Assembly: GCA_034723415.1 (NCBI GenBank)
Contig: JAYEOX010000008.1
Span: forward strand, 4,334-25,677
Source: Fidelibacterota bacterium
Lineage (GTDB): Bacteria > Fidelibacterota > Fidelibacteria > Fidelibacterales > Fidelibacteraceae
Direction: 5' to 3'
DNA length: 21,344 bases
A model generated the notes under the pieces. It ran no database searches. It was given only the letters and a program-made list of their open reading frames with translations, and was not told the DNA's origin. Positions 1 to 9,700 of the stretch are shown in pieces; position 1 is the stretch's first letter, and each line of letters starts with the position of its first letter. A program made the position numbers and the translations under genes.

Positions 1-71
1 TTCAAAGCTTTAATTTCCACTTCACCCATTTTATATATTTTTGAAATTCCTTTACAGGATATTAAGGACAT
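1..71 (-). CDS. ABC transporter ATP-binding protein, LolD/MacB-like (5' end only, runs off the window)
   Basis: Not in the ORF track. The reverse complement reads GGAGG-N4-ATG followed by MSLISCKGISKIYKMGEVEIKAL, the typical N-terminus of LolD/MacB-family ATPases (K-x-Y-x-x-G-x-x-x-x-x-A-L). Confidence 0.75.
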   Translation of the reverse strand, partial: MSLISCKGISKIYKMGEVEIKAL

Positions 72-243
72 AAAACCTCCCTTTTTATTTTTCAAAATTT
101 ACAACAATTTATGTGAATTATTGTAAAAAAAATATTTATGTAACGAATAAGTTAAAAGTAATACAATTTATTTTTAATAATATATAGATTCAAATTCTAA
201 ATATTTAAAGTAGTATCCAAATTACTTATATGTAAAAGATCTT

Positions 244-1944
244 TTATAAAAATAATCCTTTAATTTGATCGAGATTTTTTGCTGCTTTTTTATCAACTAC
301 TTTTATATATTCAAAAAGTTCGTCTTTTGTTTCAGAAGTAGGAATATGTTCAAAGTGAGCACGATTTAAGAAAAATTCAATTGCTTCAGGTGATTGTCCC
401 ATAATATCAAAAGCCATTTTGGCCGATTCTTTTTTATTATTATTTATCCAATCAATTGCTTCTTTCATTACTTTGATAAATAATTTTGCAATATCAGGAT
501 AATTTTTCAGAAATTCACCTTTTAAGATTAATCCTGCATTAGGTAATTTTATATCTTTATTATTTATTTTTTTCCAAATATCAGTATAAGAAATAGAATG
601 AAAAGCATCTTGATCTGCATGAAAGAGAGCGAAACTAGATTCAGGCTCGCGAAGTAAAACAGTATCAGCTTTACCTGAAATAAAATCGTTCATGATTGTT
701 TTTGGACGACCAAAAGGTCTTCCATAGTAGAAGTCAAAATCTTCAGGATCATATCCGGTTTCTTTCATCAAATAATTAGTAACGGCTGCAGGAGGAGCTT
801 CTTTAAAAAGTGGCATATGAATTTTATGTCCTTTTAAATCGCCAAAATTATTTGCTTTATAGCCTCTTGTTAATATTGAAAAATTATCCCAAATATCAAC
901 CGACATCATTTTAATGTCAGATCCAACAAGAAATAGTTTTGAAGCAGCAGCAACTGCAGAAAATGAAATATCTGCTTTCCCATTTACAATCCATGCCATA
1001 TGTTTTTCTGTTTCTTCCCAAACTTTTAATTCTTGAATCTCTATTCTTGACATTAATTCTTCAGATTGTAACATTTTCATAATAATAGGATAGGTAGTAG
1101 GTGTGGCCGATTGAATTACAACTGGAACTTTTTTCCCTTTTACTTTAGATGTTTTTTTTGAGATTGGTTTATAAAAATACATTTTGTATTTCATCTCTTC
1201 TTCTTTTTTTATGTATGTTTCAAAGCCCATTTGTTTTAGCAGATTAATCAATGGATCCGGTTGAAATGCTTGGATCAATACAAAACCCTGGCCAGCTTCT
1301 ATTGATTGTGCTTTTTTAATAATTAATTCAAATGGATCTTTTAACATTCCAATAACATTTAATTCCGGAAATAAATCCAATTGTTTTTTCCAATCTATTT
1401 TTGAATCAATTCCTGATTTTGATTGTTGGTAGAGAATTGTTAGATGATATTCATCTCCATTGACAGTTTCGCCATAAAATTTATTACCCTTTTCTTCGAA
1501 CATTCTCATCAGTGGAATTGGTTCAAAATCATTTATCACTGTTAGTGCCTGTCCATCTTCAAGCTTATTTAATTTGCTGATAATTTCCGGGAAAAAGTAT
1601 CCATCTATATTACGAACATCAAACAAAACAAATTGTTTAACATTTTTATACCAATCGGGTCTCTCTTTTTCTGTTTTCATTTCGCTTTCTTTGACACAAT
1701 CGGGAAATTTTTTTGTAAGATTTTTTTCTTCACCAATTGTACTATTCAATGTATGTAACAAATCACAAATTGAGATATTTCCAATTTTGGCGACATCATT
1801 AAAAGTCGCCCATTTTGCAATAGTATTAAAAATTAATTTATTGTTTAATTTCTTAAATTTTGACGAGTATCCAATTAATACTTCTTTTAACTCCGGATAT
1901 TTATCCAAAGCATTTTTAATTTTTGTTTTGCCTAATATTACCAT
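244..1944 (-). CDS. Multidomain protein: DUF1858-like N-terminus, two DUF2249-like (TusA/SirA-like fold) repeats, and a C-terminal SsuA/TauA/NMT1-like substrate-binding domain; no signal peptide
   Basis: N-terminal TKIKNALDKYPELKEVL...NTIAKWATFNDVAKIGNI is DUF1858-like. The repeats FDVR...INDFEPIPL and LNV...PFELI...IQAFQPDPLINLLKQMGF are DUF2249-like. C-terminal NGKADI, DLKGHKI, SGKADTVLLREP and FLKNYPD...EAIDWINNN are PBP2 SsuA/NMT1-like. AGGAG RBS upstream. Confidence 0.75.
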   Translation of the reverse strand: MVILGKTKIKNALDKYPELKEVLIGYSSKFKKLNNKLIFNTIAKWATFNDVAKIGNISICDLLHTLNSTIGEEKNLTKKFPDCVKESEMKTEKERPDWYKNVKQFVLFDVRNIDGYFFPEIISKLNKLEDGQALTVINDFEPIPLMRMFEEKGNKFYGETVNGDEYHLTILYQQSKSGIDSKIDWKKQLDLFPELNVIGMLKDPFELIIKKAQSIEAGQGFVLIQAFQPDPLINLLKQMGFETYIKKEEEMKYKMYFYKPISKKTSKVKGKKVPVVIQSATPTTYPIIMKMLQSEELMSRIEIQELKVWEETEKHMAWIVNGKADISFSAVAAASKLFLVGSDIKMMSVDIWDNFSILTRGYKANNFGDLKGHKIHMPLFKEAPPAAVTNYLMKETGYDPEDFDFYYGRPFGRPKTIMNDFISGKADTVLLREPESSFALFHADQDAFHSISYTDIWKKINNKDIKLPNAGLILKGEFLKNYPDIAKLFIKVMKEAIDWINNNKKESAKMAFDIMGQSPEAIEFFLNRAHFEHIPTSETKDELFEYIKVVDKKAAKNLDQIKGLFL

Positions 1945-1978
1945 TTTTTCTCCTCTCTATTTTTATTTATTTTTTAAA

Positions 1979-2902
1979 TTATTTATGTGCTTTTCTATGT
2001 GAGATCAATAAAAAATCACCTTTATCTTTTGCTTCCGGAATGAAATGAATTTCCTCATTATCATTAAGATAAACAGGTGAAATTACTGCAATTTTTAGAT
2101 TATTATTTAATAGTTTAAGTTTATTTGCAGTTCCGAGATGATATTCACTATGGAAGTTTCCATTGAAATGAATTACGAATGCTTCCGGATGATTTTGTAA
2201 ATATTCCAAAATACTTTCAGCCATTGTGTCGTCTTTCAAACATTGGGCGGCATAAATATTATCAAAATTCATCATCATTGGCATTCTTTTAGAATTATCT
2301 CCTTTCATATTTGTCTTCATCGTTTCAATGAAATTCTTTTTATATTTATTATCCAAAACTGTTAATTTTTTTGCAACAAATTGCTTTTCAGTTTTCGAAA
2401 TAGAATCTAATGCATTTACTCCTTTTTTACTTATCATCGCAGCATATCTTCTTGGGACATTTGATGCAATGATATCTAAATTGTTCATTTTAGCGAATTC
2501 AACTATCTCTTTATAATCACTTTTATAATTTGGCCAAGCTCTTGAATTCTTCAGGAATTTTTTTTCTTCAACATCATCTGTTAGAAAGCTATCTACAACA
2601 TTTTGTACATCTCGCTCGAACATTTCCATTGAAATCGCCATATTTTTTTTCTTTGCATATAGAAATGGTAGAATTTTACTTTCCAATGAATGAATTAAAA
2701 TATCATCATGAAATTCACCAAAAAATACGACATCATAATCTGTAAGTTTATTTGTCATTTGTTGCAAAGAGAGTGATTTCCCTGTGGCCGAATCATATAA
2801 TTTGTAATCTTGTTTTGTGAATTCCTCAGCAAATGAAAATGAAAGTAAAATCGAAATTGCAGTGATGACAATTATTATTTTATTTAATCTAAAGTTTAAC
2901 AT
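1979..2902 (-). CDS. ChaN family (EreA/ChaN/Tiki-like, haem/iron-uptake associated) exported protein
   Basis: Motifs DVVFFGEFHD, MEMFE, ASNVPR, AQCLKDDTMAESI and HFNGNFHS. Hydrophobic N-terminal signal peptide ending near SFA|EE, with no lipobox Cys. GGAGG RBS. Confidence 0.85.
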   Translation of the reverse strand: MLNFRLNKIIIVITAISILLSFSFAEEFTKQDYKLYDSATGKSLSLQQMTNKLTDYDVVFFGEFHDDILIHSLESKILPFLYAKKKNMAISMEMFERDVQNVVDSFLTDDVEEKKFLKNSRAWPNYKSDYKEIVEFAKMNNLDIIASNVPRRYAAMISKKGVNALDSISKTEKQFVAKKLTVLDNKYKKNFIETMKTNMKGDNSKRMPMMMNFDNIYAAQCLKDDTMAESILEYLQNHPEAFVIHFNGNFHSEYHLGTANKLKLLNNNLKIAVISPVYLNDNEEIHFIPEAKDKGDFLLISHRKAHK

Positions 2903-2949
2903 TTTTCCTCCAAGTTAAGTTTTAAATGTATTATTATTTGTCTTTAATT

Positions 2950-3366
2950 TTATTGTTTATTTTTATTTATAAATTTAGATAATTTCATATTTTTAAAAAC
3001 TTCACGAGTATTTTTTGAAATCGAAAAAAGATCATTATATAAATTGCAATCAGAAAATGGACAATTATTTTTACCTAATGGACAAGTATTAATATCTACT
3101 TTACCATCTATTATTTCATGTATTTCGAGTAAATTTATTTTATTTGCCGGTTTGTTTAAAACAAATCCTCCGCTGGGACCTCTCAATGATTTTACAATTC
3201 CTGATTTTGAAAGTTGTTGGAATACTTTTGCAAGATGTGCTTCAGAAGCTTTGAGTTTTTTTGCTAAATATTTTATATTTAATCTTTTTGGATTATTAAT
3301 AGCGATTAAAGCGAGTCCGTGCATAGCAAGTGATGATCCTTCTGAGATATTTATTAACATTGACAT
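2950..3366 (-). CDS. Rrf2 family transcriptional regulator with three-Cys (Fe-S binding) motif
   Basis: wHTH segment SEAHLAKVFQQLSKSGIVKSLRGPSGGFVL, then INLLEIHEIIDG, and C-terminal C-x6-C-x4-C (CPLGKNNCPFSDC). GGAG RBS. Confidence 0.93.
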   Translation of the reverse strand: MSMLINISEGSSLAMHGLALIAINNPKRLNIKYLAKKLKASEAHLAKVFQQLSKSGIVKSLRGPSGGFVLNKPANKINLLEIHEIIDGKVDINTCPLGKNNCPFSDCNLYNDLFSISKNTREVFKNMKLSKFINKNKQ

Positions 3367-3397
3367 ATTTTTTACTCTCCAATTTATTATATTATCA

Positions 3398-3436
3398 ATT
3401 CGGTATTAAAATACCTAAATATATAATGAATGTCAA
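3398..3436 (-). promoter_or_regulatory. Sigma70-type promoter of the rrf2 operon, overlapped by a palindromic candidate Rrf2 operator
   Basis: Minus strand TTGACA (3436-3431), 17 bp, TATTTT (3413-3408). The perfect inverted repeat GGTATT-AA-AATACC (3402-3415) covers the -10 element. Confidence 0.65.
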
Positions 3437-3504
3437 GTATTAAATAAAAAATTTTCAAAAATATATTCTATGTCAATCTCTAGTGAAGATATTTTTAGAA
3501 GAAG

Positions 3505-3563
3505 AATTGATTAATGGTAAATAGGGAAAGTTACCATGTTTATCAATTGCTTATCGTGATAAG
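3505..3563. repeat. Nested inverted repeats in the divergent intergenic region
   Basis: AATTGAT(3505-3511)..ATGGTAA(3514-3520)-N10-TTACCAT(3531-3537)..ATCAATT(3542-3548), followed by CTTATC-GT-GATAAG (3550-3563). Confidence 0.5.
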
Positions 3564-3612
3564 ATAACATACAACAATAATTACAATCCACAAAATTTTT
3601 CAAAAAAAATGC

Positions 3613-3649
3613 TTGCAAATCACTTGTGAATATTATAACTTTCACAAGT
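3613..3649 (+). promoter_or_regulatory. Candidate promoter of the rex-mbs operon with an overlapping Rex-like operator
   Basis: TTGCAA (3613-3618), 17 bp, TAACTT (3636-3641), with an A-tract upstream. The perfect inverted repeat ACTTGTGAA(3622-3630)-N10-TTCACAAGT(3641-3649) contains both consensus Rex half-sites. Confidence 0.65.
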
Positions 3650-3665
3650 TGACGATTAAAATAAA

Positions 3666-4316
3666 ATGGAAATAATGAAAAATTTTCAAGAAAAAATATC
3701 CGAAGTTGTAATAAGAAGATTAACAGATTATCTGCGATGTCTCAATTATGTTAAAGGTGAGGGGCAAACATTAATAAAGTCAAGTGATATTTCTATAGAA
3801 TGTGGATTAAAATCATCTATTATAAGAAAAGACCTTTCTCGCTTTGGTATTATAGGTATGAAGGGAAGAGGATACGATGTTGATGAGTTGATCAAAGCGA
3901 TTGAAAAAATTCTCGGTTTAGATAAGACAAAAAATGTTGTGCTTGTTGGTGCCGGAAATTTAGGAACTGCAATAATTAAATATCAAGGAATAAAAAATGC
4001 AAATTTTGATTTTGTCGCTGTTTTCGATAATAATTCTGACAAAATTGGAAAGATGATTGACAAAACAAAAATATTATCTAGCGAAAAGTTGAATAATTTT
4101 ATAAAAGAAAATAAAATTGAAATAGTTTTACTTACAGTTCCAGCTTCAGAGACAATGAAAATTGTAGATAGTTTGGATTCGAAGTTTGTAAAAGGTATTC
4201 TAAATTTTACTTCCATAATTTTGCCACCAAAAAAGAATAATATTTTTATTCACAATATTGATCTTGCAAAAGAACTTGAAGTCGTTTCATATTGTATGAA
4301 AAATTGTTTATCATAA
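3666..4316 (+). CDS. rex: Redox-sensing transcriptional repressor Rex (paralog 1)
   Basis: RRLTDYLRCL, IRKDLSRFG..G..GRGY, Rossmann motif VGAGNLGTAIIKY, FD...KIG, LTVP and GILNF. Confidence 0.95.
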   Translation: MEIMKNFQEKISEVVIRRLTDYLRCLNYVKGEGQTLIKSSDISIECGLKSSIIRKDLSRFGIIGMKGRGYDVDELIKAIEKILGLDKTKNVVLVGAGNLGTAIIKYQGIKNANFDFVAVFDNNSDKIGKMIDKTKILSSEKLNNFIKENKIEIVLLTVPASETMKIVDSLDSKFVKGILNFTSIILPPKKNNIFIHNIDLAKELEVVSYCMKNCLS

Positions 4317-4357
4317 TGGATAATATAAAAATAAAAAAAATAAAAAAAGGTTTGCTA

Positions 4358-4852
4358 ATGAAAAAACTAAAACATTCGATACTTTTATTTTTAATAATGA
4401 TGTTTTTTTGGGTTTTATTTACCTCGCTTGATCAACAAGAACTTATTCTTGGTGCAATTGCATCATTTATAATTATGCTAATGACATTAAATTTAAAACC
4501 GGTTTTATCTGATGTAAAATTAAATCCGAAGTCAATTGTTTACAGCATCATTTATGTATTTGTTTTTATAGTTGCACTTATCAAGGCAAATTTTGATGTT
4601 GCTAAAAGAGTGATTTCACCAAAATTGCCAATAAATCCGGGAATTGTAAAGGTGAAAACAAAATTAAAAAGTCAAATTGGGAGAACAGTTTTAGCAAATT
4701 CAATAACTCTAACTCCCGGAACTTTAACTGTAGAAATGAAAGATGAATATTTTTATATTCATTGGATTGATGTAACGAGTAAAAATATTGATGGAGCAAC
4801 AAAATCAATTGTATCAAATTTTGAAAAATATTTGGAGGTAATCTTTGGCTAA
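4358..4852 (+). CDS. mbsA: MBS/MBX complex subunit A (Na+/H+ antiporter MnhE/MrpE-like)
   Basis: KANFDVAKRV, PGIV, LANSITLTPGT and YIHWID. Start moved from the ORF-track position (4292) to the in-frame ATG at 4358, which follows AAAGG. Confidence 0.9.
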   Translation: MKKLKHSILLFLIMMFFWVLFTSLDQQELILGAIASFIIMLMTLNLKPVLSDVKLNPKSIVYSIIYVFVFIVALIKANFDVAKRVISPKLPINPGIVKVKTKLKSQIGRTVLANSITLTPGTLTVEMKDEYFYIHWIDVTSKNIDGATKSIVSNFEKYLEVIFG

Positions 4853-5105
4853 TATAATTAATAATATTTCTGTAATAATAGTACTGATTAGTATTGTTTT
4901 GACTTTTACAAGGATGGTGTTAGGTCCAACTGTTGCGGATAGAGCTGTTGCTTTAGATGGGATGACAATTATTGCAATTTCGTTAATTGCTTTTATTGCT
5001 TATTATTCCAATAGAATTATTTATCTTGATGTGGCAATTGTATATGCACTAATCAGTTTTATTGGTATAGTTGCGATAGCTCGCTATTTAGAAAGGGGGA
5101 TATGA
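4845..5105 (+). CDS. mbsB: MBS/MBX complex subunit B (MnhF/MrpF-like)
   Basis: GPTVADRAVALD and YLDVAIVYALISFIG..AIARYL. TTG start after GGAGG. Confidence 0.9.
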   Translation: MANIINNISVIIVLISIVLTFTRMVLGPTVADRAVALDGMTIIAISLIAFIAYYSNRIIYLDVAIVYALISFIGIVAIARYLERGI

Positions 5106-5449
5106 TGGAATTATTTGGAGCAATTATTACACTAATAGGATCAATTTTCCTATTTCTTGGAGCGCTCGGAATTTTTAGAATGCCTGATGTTTATAACAAA
5201 ATGCAAGCTGGAACAAAAGCAACTACTTTAGGAACAATACTTTTTTTATTTGGAATTTCTATTGGTCATTTAGAATGTGGGTGTTTCGGAAAAATCGTAA
5301 TTTTAATTTTGTTTGTTGTTTTTACTAATCCGGTTTCATCAAATGCATTAGCGAGAGCAGCTCATTTTTCCGGTATAAAACTCACAGATAAAACTGTAAA
5401 AGATGATTTAAAAAAAGATAATATTGAAAATGAAGGAGAAAAAATATGA
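5102..5449 (+). CDS. mbsC: MBS/MBX complex subunit C (MnhG/MrpG-like)
   Basis: GIFRMPDVYNKMQAGTKATTLG and TNPVSSNALARAA. Confidence 0.92.
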   Translation: MMELFGAIITLIGSIFLFLGALGIFRMPDVYNKMQAGTKATTLGTILFLFGISIGHLECGCFGKIVILILFVVFTNPVSSNALARAAHFSGIKLTDKTVKDDLKKDNIENEGEKI

Positions 5450-5697
5450 TCTCCGTAATAATAGTAGTAATTTTAGGGATTATAATGATGGTGGCTGGAG
5501 TAGTCGCTTTACATTTGAAAAATTTACTTGCAGCAATTATTACAGCAGGAGCTATTAGTTTATTGGCAAGTGTGATTTATCTAATTTTAGGTTCTCCTGA
5601 TGTTGCTATGACAGAAGCATCTATTGGTTCAGGACTTACAACAATTATTTTCCTTTATGCATTGAATAAAGTGAAAAAGGAGGATAAAAATGATTAA
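5446..5697 (+). CDS. mbsD: MBS/MBX complex subunit D (DUF4040 / MbhD-like)
   Basis: Three hydrophobic helices with the SPDVAMTEASIGSGL motif. Confidence 0.9.
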   Translation: MISVIIVVILGIIMMVAGVVALHLKNLLAAIITAGAISLLASVIYLILGSPDVAMTEASIGSGLTTIIFLYALNKVKKEDKND

Positions 5698-6361
5698 AAA
5701 AATATTTGTTATTCTCACAATGATTGGTTTGATAATGATGTTGTCATCACTTGTCTTAAATTTTGAATTTGTAGAACAATTGAATGATTTGTCTGCTGAT
5801 TATGTGACAGGTTCAATTGAAGATTTAAAATCGCAAAATGTCGTAACTTCTGTGATTGTCACATATCGTGGTTTGGATACACTTGGTGAAGTTACAGTTC
5901 TGTTTCTTGCAACTGCCGGAATTGGATTTTTATTAGGTAAACGAAAAGGGAAAAAACGAGTTGCTTCAGAGCTTTTGCAGACAAGTTCATCATTTCTTGT
6001 TGCTTTAATAATTTTACTTGGAGTTTATATTTTTTCACACGGACATCTTACTCCGGGTGGCGGTTTCCAAGGTGGTGTGGTAATAGCTAATGCCTTTCTG
6101 TTATTGATTCTATCAGATGCGAGTATAAAGTTCAATCACACAATTCTACAATTAGTTGAATCATTATCAGGAGCATTTTATGTGATTGTTGGTATTATTG
6201 GTTTAGTTTTAACTATTGGATTTCTAAATGCAAAAATAATTCCACTTGGTGAATTCGGTAGATTAATAAGTGCCGGCGCAATTCCAATTATCTATTCATT
6301 GATTGGTTTAAAGGTTGGTTCGGAATTAACAAATATAATTGATACAATGAGGGGTGAATAA
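5690..6361 (+). CDS. mbsE: MBS/MBX complex subunit E (MnhB/MrpB-like, equivalent to MbhE+MbhF)
   Basis: NVVTSVIVTYRGLDTLGEVTVL, HGHLTPGGGFQGG and IGLKVG. Confidence 0.92.
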   Translation: MIKKIFVILTMIGLIMMLSSLVLNFEFVEQLNDLSADYVTGSIEDLKSQNVVTSVIVTYRGLDTLGEVTVLFLATAGIGFLLGKRKGKKRVASELLQTSSSFLVALIILLGVYIFSHGHLTPGGGFQGGVVIANAFLLLILSDASIKFNHTILQLVESLSGAFYVIVGIIGLVLTIGFLNAKIIPLGEFGRLISAGAIPIIYSLIGLKVGSELTNIIDTMRGE

Positions 6362-6714
6362 TGATTTTTGCATTAATTTTAGGATTTGCTTTATTAGTTA
6401 TTGGTATTTATGGAATGCTTTCTCAACGAAATTTAATCAAAATCGTAATTGGTTTTTCAATTGCTGATACCGGTATTCACATCATAATTGTTTCAATTGG
6501 TTATTTACGAAATAGAACTGCACCAATTCTTAACAGTGCTGTAAATTTGAAAAATGCAGTTAATGAAGTTGTTGATCCAATTCCTTCTGTTTTAGTTTTA
6601 ACTGCGATTGTTATTGGATTGGCAGTTACTGCTTTGATGTTGAGTTTTGTAGTTGAACTTTATAAAAAGAAACAATCACTTTCAATTGATGATTATCAGG
6701 AGTTAAAATGGTAA
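6361..6714 (+). CDS. mbsG: MBS/MBX complex subunit G (MnhC/MrpC, NuoK-like)
   Basis: RNLIKIVIG and DPIPSVLVLTAIVIG. Confidence 0.92.
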   Translation: MIFALILGFALLVIGIYGMLSQRNLIKIVIGFSIADTGIHIIIVSIGYLRNRTAPILNSAVNLKNAVNEVVDPIPSVLVLTAIVIGLAVTALMLSFVVELYKKKQSLSIDDYQELKW

Positions 6715-9700
6715 ATCCAATTTATATAATAATTTTATCACTAGCAGCGGGTTTTCTTTTATCAATTTTTGATAAAGGTGGAAGGAAATTATCTCTAACT
6801 ATTTTCTATAGTGTTTTAACTTTTAATGTCTATGTAATTGCTGACTGGTTTTATCGTTTTGCATTTCTCGGTGTACCTACTTTAAATATTCAAACGGCGG
6901 GTTTTTCTGCTCCATTATCAATTAATTTACAGTTGGGAATTCAAGAAGCATTCGTATTGTTATTTGCAAATTTGGCCGGATTATTAGCAGCAATTTTTCT
7001 AATTAAGAAATTTAAAACAAGTCATGTCTCTTCATTAATTTTATATCTCATTTTAATAATGGGAGCAAACGGATTGGTGATGACAAGAGATCTTTTTAAT
7101 ATGTTTGTGTTTTTAGAAATTCTTTCAATCTCAACTTATGCTTTGACAATTCTCAACAAAAATCAAAAATCACTTTCTGCCGGATTTAAATATATGATTG
7201 CCGGTGGGGTTGCATCAACATTCTTTTTGCTAGGTGTAATTTTCGTCTATTATTTTTCAGGAAATTTAAATTTAGAATTTATTAGTCCAAATAGCTTTAT
7301 GGATTATGGAGTGATAGCAGTTTTTCTTTTGGCAATGGGAATTTTTATTGAATTAAAACCATTTCCCGCAAATGGCTGGGCACTTGATGTTTATGAATCT
7401 GTTAACTCTGGAATTGCTTCAATAATTGCAGTTGTAAATTCTGCCGGAATAATTTTTGTGTTTTATAAAATAATGCCATTACTTCCACAAAATCTTTTGA
7501 ATATTTTTGGGATTGCCGGAGTTGTAACCTTTTTATTTTCAAATTTGATGGGATTAAAACAAAAGAATGCGAAACGACTACTCGGATATTCATCAATTGG
7601 ACAAATAGGTTTGTTAATTTCAGCATTGGTTTTTACAATGAATGCACCAAATAAATTAATGTATTTAATAGTTGGTGGATTTTTTGTTAATCATTTGATC
7701 GCAAAAGCAGGATTATTTTGGATAACCGGAATTGTAAATAAAGAAAAAATAAGTGATTGGGGGATTTTAAAAGAAAATAAATTTTTGTTAATTCTTTTTG
7801 GAATTTTATTATTTGCTTTATCAGGTTTACCTCCATTTCCGGGTTTCTGGGCTAAATGGGAATTTGTAAAATTACTTGTTCACGGAAAAATGTTTTTTGT
7901 TGTTGGATCCGTTTTATTAGCATCACTTTTTGAAATTGTTTATTTATTTAGATGGTTTACAACTGCAGTAAAAAGTGAATCGGAAACAAAGGAAAAAATC
8001 CCATTTCAATTTGCAAAATATTTTTCTACAACAGTTTTTGCAGGAATTATGATTTTGGTTTCATTAGCAATTATGCAATATTTCTATAAATTTCATTGGA
8101 TTCATTTCTTGCCGATTGTTGCTGTGGTTGGTTTTTATTTGTTGGATTTTATTCCATCAAAAGCAAAGGGGATTTTATCTCTGATTATAGTAGGATTTTA
8201 TGGATATTATATCTACCCGTTTGAAAGTAATTTGCAATTATTTTTTGGAATAATTTTTATAGTTGGAAGTGCAATTAATATTATCGCAACTTTAAATAGA
8301 AAAAAACTTAGTAGAGGATTTTATGGATTTTTGCTGATGATGATCCTTTCATTTGGGAATTTATTGATTTCAAAAACATATTTGGAATTTTTCTTGGCTT
8401 GGGAATTTATGACAGTTTCATCATTTGTTTTGATTTTGAGAGGAAAAAAAGCTCAAAAAGCTTCATTGATGTATATGATTTTTTCAACTGCCGGAGCATA
8501 TTTAATGATGGTTGGATTTAGTTTATTGCCAAATTTAATATCAAATTCAGCATTAATAATTTCTATCGCAGATATTAAATTACCAATGGTGGCAATTATT
8601 TTACTTGCAATAGGATTTATGATAAAATCAGGTTCACTCGGTGTTCATATTTGGTTACCGGAAGCTCATGCCGAAGCGGAATCAGATGTTTCGCCATTTA
8701 TCTCTGCAATTTTATTGAAGGCAGGTGTTTTTGGATTAATTATGGTTGGAATTTCATATGTCAATAATACTCCTTCATTTAATATATTCTACTGGATTGG
8801 TTGGATTGGTGTATTAACTGCAATAGTTGGTGCATTTTTAGCAAGTTTTCAAGAGGATGCAAAGAGATTATTAGCATATTCCAGTATGAGCCAAGTTGGT
8901 TATGTTGTCGCTTCCATTGCGATTTTAAGTCATCTCGGTTGGATTTCTGCTTTGTATCTTTCTTTCAATCACATGATGTTTAAATCACTACTATTTATCG
9001 CGATTGCCGGAGTATATTATAGAACTCATACAAGAACGATGTATGAAATGGGTGGATTAATAAAGAAAATGCCATGGACTTATATAAGTGTATTAATTGG
9101 TATAATTGCAGTTTCCGGAGTTCCACCATTATCAGGATTTGGAGCGAAATGGTTAATATATTCGTCATTCATTGAACATGGATGGTATCTACAAGCAGGT
9201 GTTTTGTTTTTTGCAAGTGCAGTAAGTTTTCTATATTTATATCGTATAATTCATACAATATTTTTGGGACAAATGAAATATGAACATCAGAATATTAAAG
9301 AAGCACCAATTTGGTTTATCATTCCGCAGTATATTTTCATCATTGGAATTATGGCAATCTCAATGTATCCTAATTTGATTATTCAACCATTGAATTCAAT
9401 TGTGAGTACCTATTTCAATTCATCAATAATTATAGATGGATACAATATAACTAGCAATTTAGGATATTGGAATGGAAATATGGTTATGTTCGTAACAATG
9501 GGAGTTTTTGTTGTTCCATTGATAATTTTATTATTACTTAATGGTAAAACTCAAACTGTTAAACAATTCAATATTGTTTATGCAGCAGAAAGACCGGAAT
9601 CGCCACAGACAACACATTTTGCACACAATATGTTTTCACATTATTTTAAAGCATTGGGAAGTTTTACAAAGCCGAGAATTCAAAACTTTTGGAATTCGGT

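Noticed and set aside
111..128. Rex box upstream of the ABC ATPase (ATGTGAA-TTAT-TGTAAAA)
   Set aside because: It has four mismatches in 14 positions and is better explained by the larger inverted repeat at 98-127.
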